Below are positions 1 through 8,414 of a DNA stretch of 64,000 bases, piece after piece. Under the pieces are notes generated by a model. The model did not search any database and had not been told where the DNA came from. It saw nothing but the letters and a program-made list of their open reading frames with translations. The position numbers were made by a program, and so were the translations under genes. Within the stretch, counting starts at the first letter, position 1, and each line of letters begins with the position of its first letter. Location of the stretch: sequence record NC_071015.1; one strand, 5' to 3'.

Positions 1-2
1 TC

Positions 3-548
3 CCGGTTGGTTCTTCTCGTCAGTATGGTGCGATCAGCCACATGGCTCTGGATCCGGAAGGTGAGTCCTTCTCCAAACTGTTCGATACCTGGATCAACTA
101 CCTGTTGAACGACCCGGTTATCCGTCATCCGAAAATCATCACCCTGAACTACGGCGGTGATCTGCTTCTGGATGAGATCTCCATGAGTTCCGTGTACTTC
201 GAACCGACCCGTAACTGGAAAGACGTTCGCCACGCATTCATCGTGCTTGCACAGATGCCGAAAGAAGGTCCGAACTATGAGTTTGGCTTCGACGTGGATA
301 ACGCTTCTGGTCAGGTACGTGAGATCAGTACTGAATTCACCGGTCTGATCGAGTTCGACACCATGGCGGCTAAAGAGATTGCCCGCGCTGTTATGCAGCG
401 TATGCCTCTTTACAACCCAGCGGGTCGTGCTGCACCGGCAGGCTTCAAACAGCCGACGGCTACCCTCCAGGGTATCCAGAACAACGGTCTGGTTGACCTC
501 ATGAACAAAGATGCGCGTCAGATCTCTAACGCCAACTTCATGGGTTAA
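3..548 (+). CDS. tail tube protein, 5'-truncated (phiKZ gp30 / SPN3US gp255-like)
   Basis: Frame is open from base 3 (PVGSSRQYGAISHMALD...). W-I-x-Y-x-x-x-D-P and SVYFEP...AQMPK segments resemble phiKZ-type tube proteins; gene order upstream of the protease/vRNAP block fits. Confidence 0.7.
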   Translation, partial: PVGSSRQYGAISHMALDPEGESFSKLFDTWINYLLNDPVIRHPKIITLNYGGDLLLDEISMSSVYFEPTRNWKDVRHAFIVLAQMPKEGPNYEFGFDVDNASGQVREISTEFTGLIEFDTMAAKEIARAVMQRMPLYNPAGRAAPAGFKQPTATLQGIQNNGLVDLMNKDARQISNANFMG

Positions 549-574
549 CAAAAAAAAAATAAACAGCAATGTTT

Positions 575-604
575 CTCCTACTCTCCCGTTTGGGAGAGTA
601 GGAG
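575..604. terminator. bidirectional intrinsic terminator
   Basis: 13-bp stem CTCCTACTCTCCC-GTTT-GGGAGAGTAGGAG with A-tract before and T-rich tract after, between convergent genes. Confidence 0.9.
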
Positions 605-614
605 TTTTGTTTGC

Positions 615-1025
615 TTATTGATTACGGATAAAACTTACCAACTTCAGTTGAATCTCAGAAAGCTTCTTCGAACTTTCGGGGTCATATTGAATTAACCAGA
701 TGGGTTCCTTCCTATTTGTGAAGTCAAAAAGGAATCGTGCCAGGTACGTCGTTTTAGAGCGACTGATAAAATGTTCCGCCTGTGCAACAGAAGCACGTCC
801 GTGTCCCGACGGCAGAGTGATAAATTCAAATGTACCGTCTCGCTTATACGACGGCAATCTCACGTTAGGATCAGCGACAACATAAATGGTTCGATCCCGG
901 TACGTGATGGTGAACGTATCCCCCGCTTGCTTGCACTTTACGCTGGGTTTTGCACTGCCATCTAAATGCATCCCCACCCACGCAATAAACAGGAACATTC
1001 CAATGGCAAAAAGCACATTAATCAA
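615..1025 (-). CDS. hypothetical protein with N-terminal membrane anchor
   Basis: 136-aa ORF, hydrophobic N-terminus VLFAIGMFLFIAWVG. Confidence 0.75.
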   Translation of the reverse strand: MINVLFAIGMFLFIAWVGMHLDGSAKPSVKCKQAGDTFTITYRDRTIYVVADPNVRLPSYKRDGTFEFITLPSGHGRASVAQAEHFISRSKTTYLARFLFDFTNRKEPIWLIQYDPESSKKLSEIQLKLVSFIRNQ

Positions 1026-1477
1026 TTCCTTAAAGCCTTCAATAATAGATGACGTTTAAACTCACGATATTCAAAGAGATCACGTTTGGTAAAATGCAGA
1101 CTCTTAAGCTTAGACTCTTCGTAAACACCGTTGATCAGTGCCTCGAATTTGTCATGTGTTAAATCAACTTGTTTAATGTACTTGATGAACTCACGGTAAC
1201 GATAATTCATCGGAAGTTGAATCTGCATCTTCCGTTCACCTTGCACTTCATGCACAGGTGAGGTGATGTTCTCATTATAAAAGATATCCAGTATCCAGAT
1301 CTTTCCTTCTTCATCTAATAATGAAACGTGTATTGCGTTCTTTAAAAGATGATGCCAGGTTAAACGTTGAGTACTGGCAGGCTGGTCTCTAACTAACCAG
1401 AGACCGAGCAGCACCATAACAATACCGATGAGAATAGTGGAACCACCCAACACAATCAAATTAGTCGGGATCGACAC
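1022..1477 (-). CDS. hypothetical protein with N-terminal TM helix
   Basis: 151 aa, GTG start after AGGAGG, hydrophobic residues 7-29. Confidence 0.75.
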   Translation of the reverse strand: MSIPTNLIVLGGSTILIGIVMVLLGLWLVRDQPASTQRLTWHHLLKNAIHVSLLDEEGKIWILDIFYNENITSPVHEVQGERKMQIQLPMNYRYREFIKYIKQVDLTHDKFEALINGVYEESKLKSLHFTKRDLFEYREFKRHLLLKALRN

Positions 1478-2183
1478 TCCGTCCTCCTAACAGTTCGTAC
1501 GTTAACTTGATGACTCCCAGAGTGTATTCTTCATCGTATAACTTCTTAGAAAAATCATCCCACTCTCGCTGGAACATTTCCATACCGACGTCAGGATAAC
1601 TTTTCCAGTGATATCCCTCCACACCAAACTTCTCTAACAGATGTTTGTAAACGTCCTCAATAAGCTGGTCACCAGGCAGGTTATTCTTTAGCCTGAATTG
1701 AATAGCTCGTTTGATGTACAGATCCAGATCGGGAGCCCCGCTGTCAGCCACGCTCACAATAGAACTAACCAAACTACTGGGTTTATGTTTATTAGAACTG
1801 CGATGTTCCAAAACCGCAGTGGCGATAGTGATCATTTCTTCATCGTCAAACTCACCTGGCCAGTAACGGTCAATGAGCTCATACGTGAGTCCATATCCTA
1901 TCAAATGATGATGCTTTCTTTCAAACTTGCATCCGATATCGTGCAGTAAACATCCCAAATAGACCAAAAGGGTGGTGCGTTCATCCAACCCTATTTCTTC
2001 GCAGATGCGTTTGCCCAACCGACAAACGTCCATCACGTGCCCTAAATTATGGGCGGGGTCATTGAGGGATATTGAATAGACACAATAGCGAAGCAATTCT
2101 TTTTGAACCCGATAATTGAACAGTTTTGCCCAATCAGCGTCTTGCTGTACTTTTGCTTCATCTAAGGTCACTACGTTATCCAT
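1461..2183 (-). CDS. HD-domain metal-dependent phosphohydrolase
   Basis: HNLGH...LLHDIG...HH...EH...VADS: complete HD-superfamily metal ligand set. Confidence 0.85.
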   Translation of the reverse strand: MDNVVTLDEAKVQQDADWAKLFNYRVQKELLRYCVYSISLNDPAHNLGHVMDVCRLGKRICEEIGLDERTTLLVYLGCLLHDIGCKFERKHHHLIGYGLTYELIDRYWPGEFDDEEMITIATAVLEHRSSNKHKPSSLVSSIVSVADSGAPDLDLYIKRAIQFRLKNNLPGDQLIEDVYKHLLEKFGVEGYHWKSYPDVGMEMFQREWDDFSKKLYDEEYTLGVIKLTYELLGGRSVDPD

Positions 2184-2280
2184 TTAATCTTCCTTCAAAG
2201 CCTATATGTTAATCATCATCAAAATAATGTTTGTTTATTTAATTTTTCACTTCTCAAAAAAAAGAAAAGAAGATGAAGGG

Positions 2281-2306
2281 GGTTAGGGAACCGAAGCTCC
2301 CTAACC
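2281..2306 (-). terminator. intrinsic terminator
   Basis: GGTTAGGGAGC-TTCG-GTTCCCTAACC followed by a T-rich tract on the minus strand. Confidence 0.85.
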
Positions 2307-2314
2307 TTATCACA

Positions 2315-3028
2315 TTATAGTGAACTCTTTGCAGCGGCTTTGCGAATATCGTCAATAGAGGTGTATACTATTTCCGGCGATTCGTCAGGTTGCAACGGAG
2401 ACTTTAAGCAAACATCCAGATTAACCCGCTGCAGTTGTTCGGCTAACGGCCCGACCGGGAGTAAGTAACTCCAGACTTCGCCTTCGTAATATCCGTCTGC
2501 CCCTTGACGATCTAACACGATAGCAACTGTGGAGTTCGGATCCAGTTTGGTGATCTTCAATAACCCTTCAGCAATATTGGTGTCGCCGTTAGATGTGGAG
2601 AAGACTGGACTGGTGTCATCGGCTTCACGAATCTGAGTTATCCCGTTCGGGTAGTTCATGATGGAGACTTCTGTTGCGTCTCTTGGTGCCTGACCGTTTA
2701 CGGTTAAACTGTGAGAGATTCCCCAGGCTCCCATGCGACTGTCACAAATGAGAGAAATGATCATCGGGTTGGTTTTATCCGGGACAACCAAATTTACCCC
2801 AGCAGTGGTGGGACTCATTTTAATACCCTGCACCATAACCTTTGAAGCCACCTTTCCTTCATGTATCACTTTCCCGTACATCTGTTCCATCTGGGCTGGG
2901 TCGTTAAAGGCTTTACGCACTTCACTGTTATTGGAAACATCGCGATTCGGATTTCTTACTTCATCTTTCTCGCAACCTACCAGCATAAACCCAAGTACCA
3001 TAACAACAATGAGATACATCTTTTTCAT
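2315..3028 (-). CDS. putative lipoprotein
   Basis: MKKMYLIVVMVLGFMLVG-C signal peptide II / lipobox; 237 aa. Confidence 0.8.
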   Translation of the reverse strand: MKKMYLIVVMVLGFMLVGCEKDEVRNPNRDVSNNSEVRKAFNDPAQMEQMYGKVIHEGKVASKVMVQGIKMSPTTAGVNLVVPDKTNPMIISLICDSRMGAWGISHSLTVNGQAPRDATEVSIMNYPNGITQIREADDTSPVFSTSNGDTNIAEGLLKITKLDPNSTVAIVLDRQGADGYYEGEVWSYLLPVGPLAEQLQRVNLDVCLKSPLQPDESPEIVYTSIDDIRKAAAKSSL

Positions 3029-3074
3029 GATAATGTCCTTTAACTGCTACTGGGATTAGCCAGTAGCAGAATGG

Positions 3075-3704
3075 TTAGATTTGATCGGTGAGATTTTTCA
3101 GGGGATAAACGGTGGTAAACCCACCGTCGATATTACAACCTTCTGAGCCAGCGATGTTATCCACAGCTTGGAGGATTTGCTTGGCTAAATAAGAAGGGAC
3201 TAACATGGAACTGGCCACCGGAATTTCTTTCCCGTCTTTGACTGTGTAAAACTCAAATGACAGAAACCCTTTGCCGTCCAGAATTTGCATGGCTTGCAAT
3301 TTATCACGCAGGTTATCATTCATGTTCCCGCCATCAAAGATGGTCCCGTCACCACCTGCATGATAACCATCTTCACCGTTACCGTAAACGGCAATGCGAA
3401 ACTGAGTCGCACCTTTCGCTTTGCCACCCAGTACGTCATTCATGTAATAGAAAACATTCAACGATTGGGTAGTGGAATCACACTGCAGCAGTACCCGTTC
3501 ATGGGTATTGGTTTTGCTGTTCAGCATGTTCACAGTGATGTCAGTAATCCCGTTCATTACTTTATCGGCTTGAACGCCAGCATGATCGGCACGAGGAGCT
3601 TGCATTGTGGTTGTTGCCTCAGCTTTGTTGGTGAACTGTAAAATGACAACAATGACGATTGTCACCAGTGCCGCATAAAGAAAATTAATCGGTTTCATAT
3701 CCAT
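3075..3704 (-). CDS. putative exported or membrane-anchored protein
   Basis: 209 aa, N-terminal hydrophobic helix then AEA; LLQCD motif shared with both neighbours. Confidence 0.75.
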   Translation of the reverse strand: MDMKPINFLYAALVTIVIVVILQFTNKAEATTTMQAPRADHAGVQADKVMNGITDITVNMLNSKTNTHERVLLQCDSTTQSLNVFYYMNDVLGGKAKGATQFRIAVYGNGEDGYHAGGDGTIFDGGNMNDNLRDKLQAMQILDGKGFLSFEFYTVKDGKEIPVASSMLVPSYLAKQILQAVDNIAGSEGCNIDGGFTTVYPLKNLTDQI

Positions 3705-3721
3705 TACCTGTAGTTAAAAGC

Positions 3722-3749
3722 GCCCTGCAAACCCAAAAGGCCGCAAGGC
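3722..3749 (-). terminator. hairpin, possible terminator
   Basis: GCCTTGC...GCAGGGC stem followed by GCTTTT on the minus strand. Confidence 0.5.
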
Positions 3750-3791
3750 TTAAAATCAATTTGATTATATTGCTCTATATTTTATTTGAAC

Positions 3792-4340
3792 TTAAAATAT
3801 AGCTTTGTCTGCACTGGGGGAAATTGGGCAGTTTGCATCCAGTGCTTTCAGATACGGCTTCCACCCATCACCAGCCAAAAAGACTTCATCGCCTTCTTGA
3901 ATGATTTTCGGTCCTGCCGGATCTTGGGTCGTTACTGCGTGATCCCACATTGCTTTACTGCCTAACGGGAAGCGAGCGATCGTAAACGCTTTGTCGGAAT
4001 TAAGCACCACATAGTAGACTTCACTTTGCGGTGTCATTCCAGCTCCTACATAAAAGATCCCTTCCTGATTAGGTTTGGTAAGTTCCGTGGCCCCGAACTT
4101 GCGAAACAAATAGAAGTCATAATCGTTACCGCCGAAGCGATAGTTCACTTTCAAATGCTTCGTTGCCACGTCACACGTCAATGTCAGCTGGCCGCCCTTC
4201 TCGCCCTGATTGGTCATACCGGTGATTTTACCTTTGTTATCCACCACCGGCGTCCAACCGTACTCTTTATCCGGCGCACCATAAGCAATACTGCTAAAGC
4301 CTATAAGAAACAGCGCAACTGCAATAACGATCTTTTTCAT
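3792..4340 (-). CDS. putative secreted (Sec signal) protein
   Basis: Start reassigned to ATG 4340 (MKKIVIAVALFLIGFSSIAYG-A) after GGGT RBS; 182 aa. Confidence 0.8.
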   Translation of the reverse strand: MKKIVIAVALFLIGFSSIAYGAPDKEYGWTPVVDNKGKITGMTNQGEKGGQLTLTCDVATKHLKVNYRFGGNDYDFYLFRKFGATELTKPNQEGIFYVGAGMTPQSEVYYVVLNSDKAFTIARFPLGSKAMWDHAVTTQDPAGPKIIQEGDEVFLAGDGWKPYLKALDANCPISPSADKAIF

Positions 4341-4376
4341 TGAGAAATACCCTTTAATAAAATTGAATGAGTTATA

Positions 4377-4398
4377 CACATGGATAATATCAAACTGA
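4377..4398 (-). promoter_or_regulatory. putative early (vRNAP) promoter
   Basis: TCAG-TTTG-ATATTA-TCCAT-GTG matches the repeated motif also at 7659, 11817, 54437, 58384 and 60833. Confidence 0.6.
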
Positions 4399-4416
4399 TT
4401 TCTCATCGAGATGAGA

Positions 4417-5019
4417 TTACAATCTGCCTTTATATTTCTCCAGTGTCGATTCGGCGTCGGTTATTGCCGTGGTGATAAATTTTGTCAGTTTGGTGAGAAC
4501 CTCAATAAAGTTCTTTTCCTTATGCTCATAAAGTCTTGCTTTCTCTGCACAGGAGGCAATATCAAAGAAGAAATCATGAGTAGTGGAAGTACCAACCGCT
4601 ACCATCGACGTATAGACCGCTGAAGGACCCGTAGAGCTGTTTAAGAACTCTTTGAGTACGAATGTCTTACCAGCTCCGTAATGCTGCTTATAATCGCTTA
4701 GAAAGCGATTAATGAGATCCCTCATTACGCCCAGTTTTCTAACGTAGTCCTTCAAAGCATCGTTACCACCAATATTATCGTTGGCATGAAGCTTGATAAT
4801 TTCTGATCCAATAGAAAATACAAGTTCAAATGTCGGATGGATAAACTCAACCGGTGTGTAATCTTTGCTCCAGGTTCTTTCGTTAACTGGGATGTTTTCT
4901 GATTCAGGATTTAATTCCCATCGCGTCGAGTTACTGAGTTCATGACGGAAAGAAATTGTGTTTAATTTAGGCGACCGCTGTAACCAGTCTCGTTTATAAG
5001 AGCGTTTTAACCAAGCCAT
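4417..5019 (-). CDS. hypothetical protein, paralog of 5904..6536
   Basis: 200 aa; KEFLN and FDIASC motifs. Confidence 0.8.
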   Translation of the reverse strand: MAWLKRSYKRDWLQRSPKLNTISFRHELSNSTRWELNPESENIPVNERTWSKDYTPVEFIHPTFELVFSIGSEIIKLHANDNIGGNDALKDYVRKLGVMRDLINRFLSDYKQHYGAGKTFVLKEFLNSSTGPSAVYTSMVAVGTSTTHDFFFDIASCAEKARLYEHKEKNFIEVLTKLTKFITTAITDAESTLEKYKGRL

Positions 5020-5021
5020 TT

Positions 5022-5486
5022 TTAATCATCCCATCCCTCACCTTCGAGTCGCTTTTTGCTTTCCTCATAGATCTCGTGTCGGGACGGCACACGAGGTTCC
5101 TTGGGAAATGTCGTTCGGGTGGTATATCCACGGTCACCAATTTTAACGGTGGCTTTGTAATGGACCACTTTTTCTTCCGCAGGGCAATTCACCCATTCAT
5201 TAAAAAGCTCCCAGTCTTTCTCATAAATGTTGACGCAGTGTCCGTCGTTGGATCGAAGACTGATATGACCACGAGTAATGTGAGTCGGATCGACCTTGAG
5301 AATCCGGTAACTACTTTTAGATACCTGCAACTTTAACAACCGGCGTCCCAGTTTAACAAACTCTTCGTCCATAGCTTCGAGAATAACGCTCTCTTCCCGC
5401 TTGCTGTTATGGGCCTGACAAATTCGTCTGCGAAGATGGTTCCAGGTTTCTTTTAAAATGTCTTCTTTGTTACTCATCACCACCAC
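5022..5486 (-). CDS. hypothetical protein, paralog of 5477..5917
   Basis: 154 aa; DILK...SKR...D-E-V-L and W-x-x-F-x-x-W pattern. Confidence 0.75.
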   Translation of the reverse strand: MVVMSNKEDILKETWNHLRRRICQAHNSKREESVILEAMDEEFVKLGRRLLKLQVSKSSYRILKVDPTHITRGHISLRSNDGHCVNIYEKDWELFNEWVNCPAEEKVVHYKATVKIGDRGYTTRTTFPKEPRVPSRHEIYEESKKRLEGEGWDD

Positions 5487-5917
5487 CTTGTATAGAAGTT
5501 ATTGTCCTCGCACTCTTCCAAAGTCTTGGGACGGGCAACTTTCCATTTTGTCGCCCAGATAAAGAACTTCGACCAGTTCTCGTCATTAATCTCGATTTTA
5601 AAATCGTTACGGGCGATAACAACAGTCATCGCAGCATAACGGGCAATGTCAACCTGACGAAGGCCAAATTGCATGGGAATTTTATCTTCAATGTCAGTAT
5701 GGGTTATATTGAAATAACGATAAGGGCGATACAGCTCACCCGGAGCAGTGATTCGAACAGGACCCAGCGTGTAACTCTTATTAATGGTATTGGCCAGTCG
5801 CACCATTTCTTTATCAATGTCTTTAAAGATCGCTTCTGCGCTTCGTTTAGATTTGATTGACATCATGGTCAGTACACGAAAGCGAGCAAACTGTTTGTAA
5901 ATATCAATGTCCGTCAT
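5477..5917 (-). CDS. hypothetical protein
   Basis: 146 aa, RBS GGAG; paralog of 5022..5486. Confidence 0.8.
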   Translation of the reverse strand: MTDIDIYKQFARFRVLTMMSIKSKRSAEAIFKDIDKEMVRLANTINKSYTLGPVRITAPGELYRPYRYFNITHTDIEDKIPMQFGLRQVDIARYAAMTVVIARNDFKIEINDENWSKFFIWATKWKVARPKTLEECEDNNFYTRWW

Positions 5918-6536
5918 CTTTGTTCTCCAGACTCACCTGATCGATTTTCTTTTTGATGATCGCAAGATCTTCTTGAATATCATAGATAAATCCCATCAGG
6001 TTTCGTAAATAGATTTTCATGTCTTTTGGATTGCATCCGTATCGATATTTCTTGTAGCAACTCGATACTTCAAAGATGCAGTAATTAGATTTCATCCCGC
6101 CATCAACATGAATGAAAAGTGTTGCCCCAAAGCCGTCGTTTACATCAGCGTCGTTAAGAAACTCTCGAACCACAAGTGGACCTTCGCCAGATTCTAAATG
6201 GTTATAGGCTTCTTCCGCCATTTCACCGACTAACTTCACTTTATTATGATAGGCGTCAAATGACTTTTTGATGCTGTCGGTGTTATTATGGATATCGACT
6301 CGGGACCCGAGCCAATAGAAACACAAAAGCAAACTGAGCATGTACCGGCCATTTCGTTTCCATTTCTTGGTCTCTGGATTGTACTCTTGTGTTTCAGTAA
6401 AAGTGTGTGAGAAGATAAACCCTTTGGGATCAACAACCGAACCAAACAGTTTTCTTTTATGCTTCACATGTTCGTTGGGATTCTTTTCCATATTTCTTTT
6501 ATCACTCTTTAAGTCTTTCCGGTTATCGGTGATCAT
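5904..6536 (-). CDS. hypothetical protein
   Basis: 210 aa; REFLN and FEVSSC motifs. Confidence 0.8.
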   Translation of the reverse strand: MITDNRKDLKSDKRNMEKNPNEHVKHKRKLFGSVVDPKGFIFSHTFTETQEYNPETKKWKRNGRYMLSLLLCFYWLGSRVDIHNNTDSIKKSFDAYHNKVKLVGEMAEEAYNHLESGEGPLVVREFLNDADVNDGFGATLFIHVDGGMKSNYCIFEVSSCYKKYRYGCNPKDMKIYLRNLMGFIYDIQEDLAIIKKKIDQVSLENKDDGH

Positions 6537-6595
6537 GATAGTTTTAGTGCTGTTCCGTAGTTCATAACGATCACCAAAAAGAAAGGGAAAGAAAA

Positions 6596-6621
6596 CCTCC
6601 TCTGGACAATGCCAGAGGAGG
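6596..6621 (-). terminator. intrinsic terminator
   Basis: 10-bp stem CCTCCTCTGG/CCAGAGGAGG followed by TTTTCTTT. Confidence 0.9.
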
Positions 6622-6629
6622 AGCCGACA

Positions 6630-7088
6630 TTAGTCGAAGAGTTTCTTCGCGCGAGCGATGTTGGTTTCGCGGTAATCAGAATACCAGGCAACCATTTCTT
6701 CGGAATGCGGGTGATCGATGAAAGTCTGCGTACCACCAAAGATGGTATCTTCCCCAACCACTTCGCGCAGGCGCGCATCGGAATTGAACGTCAGACCGCT
6801 AAACAGTTCCAGGCGACCGTCCCAGGCTTCCTGTTTGGTTTCACCGAACTGGTCGTGGGCGATTTCAGTGGTGGCTGCTTCAACCGCCAGACCCAGGCCG
6901 TTAATGCGATCCACTGCATAGTCCAGCACGTCGACGTCGTTTTTGAATTCGTAGTCTTTCTTTTCAGTGAAAGAGGACGGAATCTTGAACCCGATGTGGT
7001 GGGTGTCGGGATGAACTTCTGCGTTCTTCACCAGATCTTTGATTTCCGCTTCTACGACTTTACCAAAACCTTTATTTACTTTAGCCAT
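6630..7088 (-). CDS. hypothetical protein, probably abundant
   Basis: 152 aa with strongly biased (C-ending) codons and its own terminator. Confidence 0.8.
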   Translation of the reverse strand: MAKVNKGFGKVVEAEIKDLVKNAEVHPDTHHIGFKIPSSFTEKKDYEFKNDVDVLDYAVDRINGLGLAVEAATTEIAHDQFGETKQEAWDGRLELFSGLTFNSDARLREVVGEDTIFGGTQTFIDHPHSEEMVAWYSDYRETNIARAKKLFD

Positions 7089-7143
7089 TACTTAAACCTT
7101 ATTTAGAAATGTTTGACTTACAAATATATAGTTAGTGCAGTTT

Positions 7144-7596
7144 TTAACGAAGTGAATCGTAGGGGACTACAGTACCCGCTTTGTTTGTTCCGCGCGCTTT
7201 CATCACCATGAAGCAGTGAGAAAGTGCCAGCAATACAACGTGATAATTGAAGAGACGATCCCCATCAATTTCACCGGAATGCATGCTGACTTTGATCTTT
7301 CCATCGTACCGAGCATGAATCACTTCATTCAGAATGTGAGCATGTTGCTCAGCCACAGGGGTGTCTGTGATGGCGTGATCGACGACGACCCAAACTTCAG
7401 GCGGTTCGCCTTCCAGCACTTCAGCCAATGTGACAGCCGGGTAGGTAGGAATTTCACCGGTTCCGGTACGGCCGTTAAGATGCAATTTGATCTGCAACAG
7501 TACCGACTGATTATTCGACTTGCTCGCCCAGTTGCGCACGCGGTAAATTTCATGCAGTGTCATACCGCCGTAATCGACGCTTGATTCTTCCGACAC
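7144..7596 (-). CDS. hypothetical early protein
   Basis: 150 aa, RBS AGGAG, downstream of the promoter motif at 7659. Confidence 0.8.
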   Translation of the reverse strand: MSEESSVDYGGMTLHEIYRVRNWASKSNNQSVLLQIKLHLNGRTGTGEIPTYPAVTLAEVLEGEPPEVWVVVDHAITDTPVAEQHAHILNEVIHARYDGKIKVSMHSGEIDGDRLFNYHVVLLALSHCFMVMKARGTNKAGTVVPYDSLR

Positions 7597-7658
7597 AATA
7601 GACTCCTATTAATAAGAAGAACAGGAAGTACGTTGTCGTCTTCCCAGCATTTCTGCTT

Positions 7659-7680
7659 CACGTTAATAATATATACCTGA
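7659..7680 (-). promoter_or_regulatory. putative early promoter
   Basis: TCAG-GTAT-ATATTA-TTAAC-GTG. Confidence 0.7.
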
Positions 7681-7693
7681 AGATATATAGCGG

Positions 7694-7945
7694 CTACTTT
7701 TTGAATTTGGGATCGATCAGTTCAGGGAAACATCCGAGTAGTGCCGGAGGACTATAGACGGAATCTGTCTTCATGAACTGGCAACCTGTTTTTAAATCGG
7801 TGATGATGTAATCAACAGGAGCACTGGTTGTGGGTTGATACACTAATCGATCTTTTTCAAAAGGACCGGCTTCTTTTGGATTGATCGCTTGCTGGGCATG
7901 AGTAACCCCAGACAGTAACAACAACCCTAAAACAATCTTTCTCAT
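7694..7945 (-). CDS. small secreted protein (DUF6440-like)
   Basis: Signal peptide MRKIVLGLLLLSGVTHA; IITDLKTGCQF motif. Confidence 0.65.
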   Translation of the reverse strand: MRKIVLGLLLLSGVTHAQQAINPKEAGPFEKDRLVYQPTTSAPVDYIITDLKTGCQFMKTDSVYSPPALLGCFPELIDPKFKK

Positions 7946-7955
7946 CTCTTTTACC

Positions 7956-8408
7956 TTAAATTGTGAAGCGAGCCGATACCGGAAAGAGTCGACCGCGTAG
8001 CAACACGACCTCTTTGTCCTCTGTAATGACCAGAGTCATTCTAGAGAGAAAAAGATCCTGGCGTAAAATATTATCCGGCCCGTAGGGAATTTGGATATCG
8101 CTTCTTAAAAGTTTATGACCGTTAACGGGCTGACGGATTGCGATACCGTGTTTGATGATCGCATCAGGAACATTAGCTTTGATTACCGCTTCGACATCCG
8201 GCTCGCTTTCCCGATCCTCGTTCATGTGTAATATGACGTACAAGCCCTTACCCATAATTTTAACGGCATCGGCGAGCGGTAGTTTATTCCCATCCCCAAA
8301 TCTTTTTATCAGGTCACCGATCTCACTGACCATTTTATCCGTTATTTCTTGTTCCGACGGAGTCAGTCCACTGATAGGGTATTGTACTTCAGTTGCTTTA
8401 GACATCAT
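7956..8408 (-). CDS. hypothetical protein
   Basis: 150 aa, RBS GAGG. Confidence 0.75.
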   Translation of the reverse strand: MMSKATEVQYPISGLTPSEQEITDKMVSEIGDLIKRFGDGNKLPLADAVKIMGKGLYVILHMNEDRESEPDVEAVIKANVPDAIIKHGIAIRQPVNGHKLLRSDIQIPYGPDNILRQDLFLSRMTLVITEDKEVVLLRGRLFPVSARFTI

Positions 8409-8414
8409 TTTACC

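Noticed and set aside
7095-7143. Seventh early-promoter copy upstream of the 152-aa gene
   Set aside because: Only TATATATTT resembles the core; the TCAG and GTG flanks do not match
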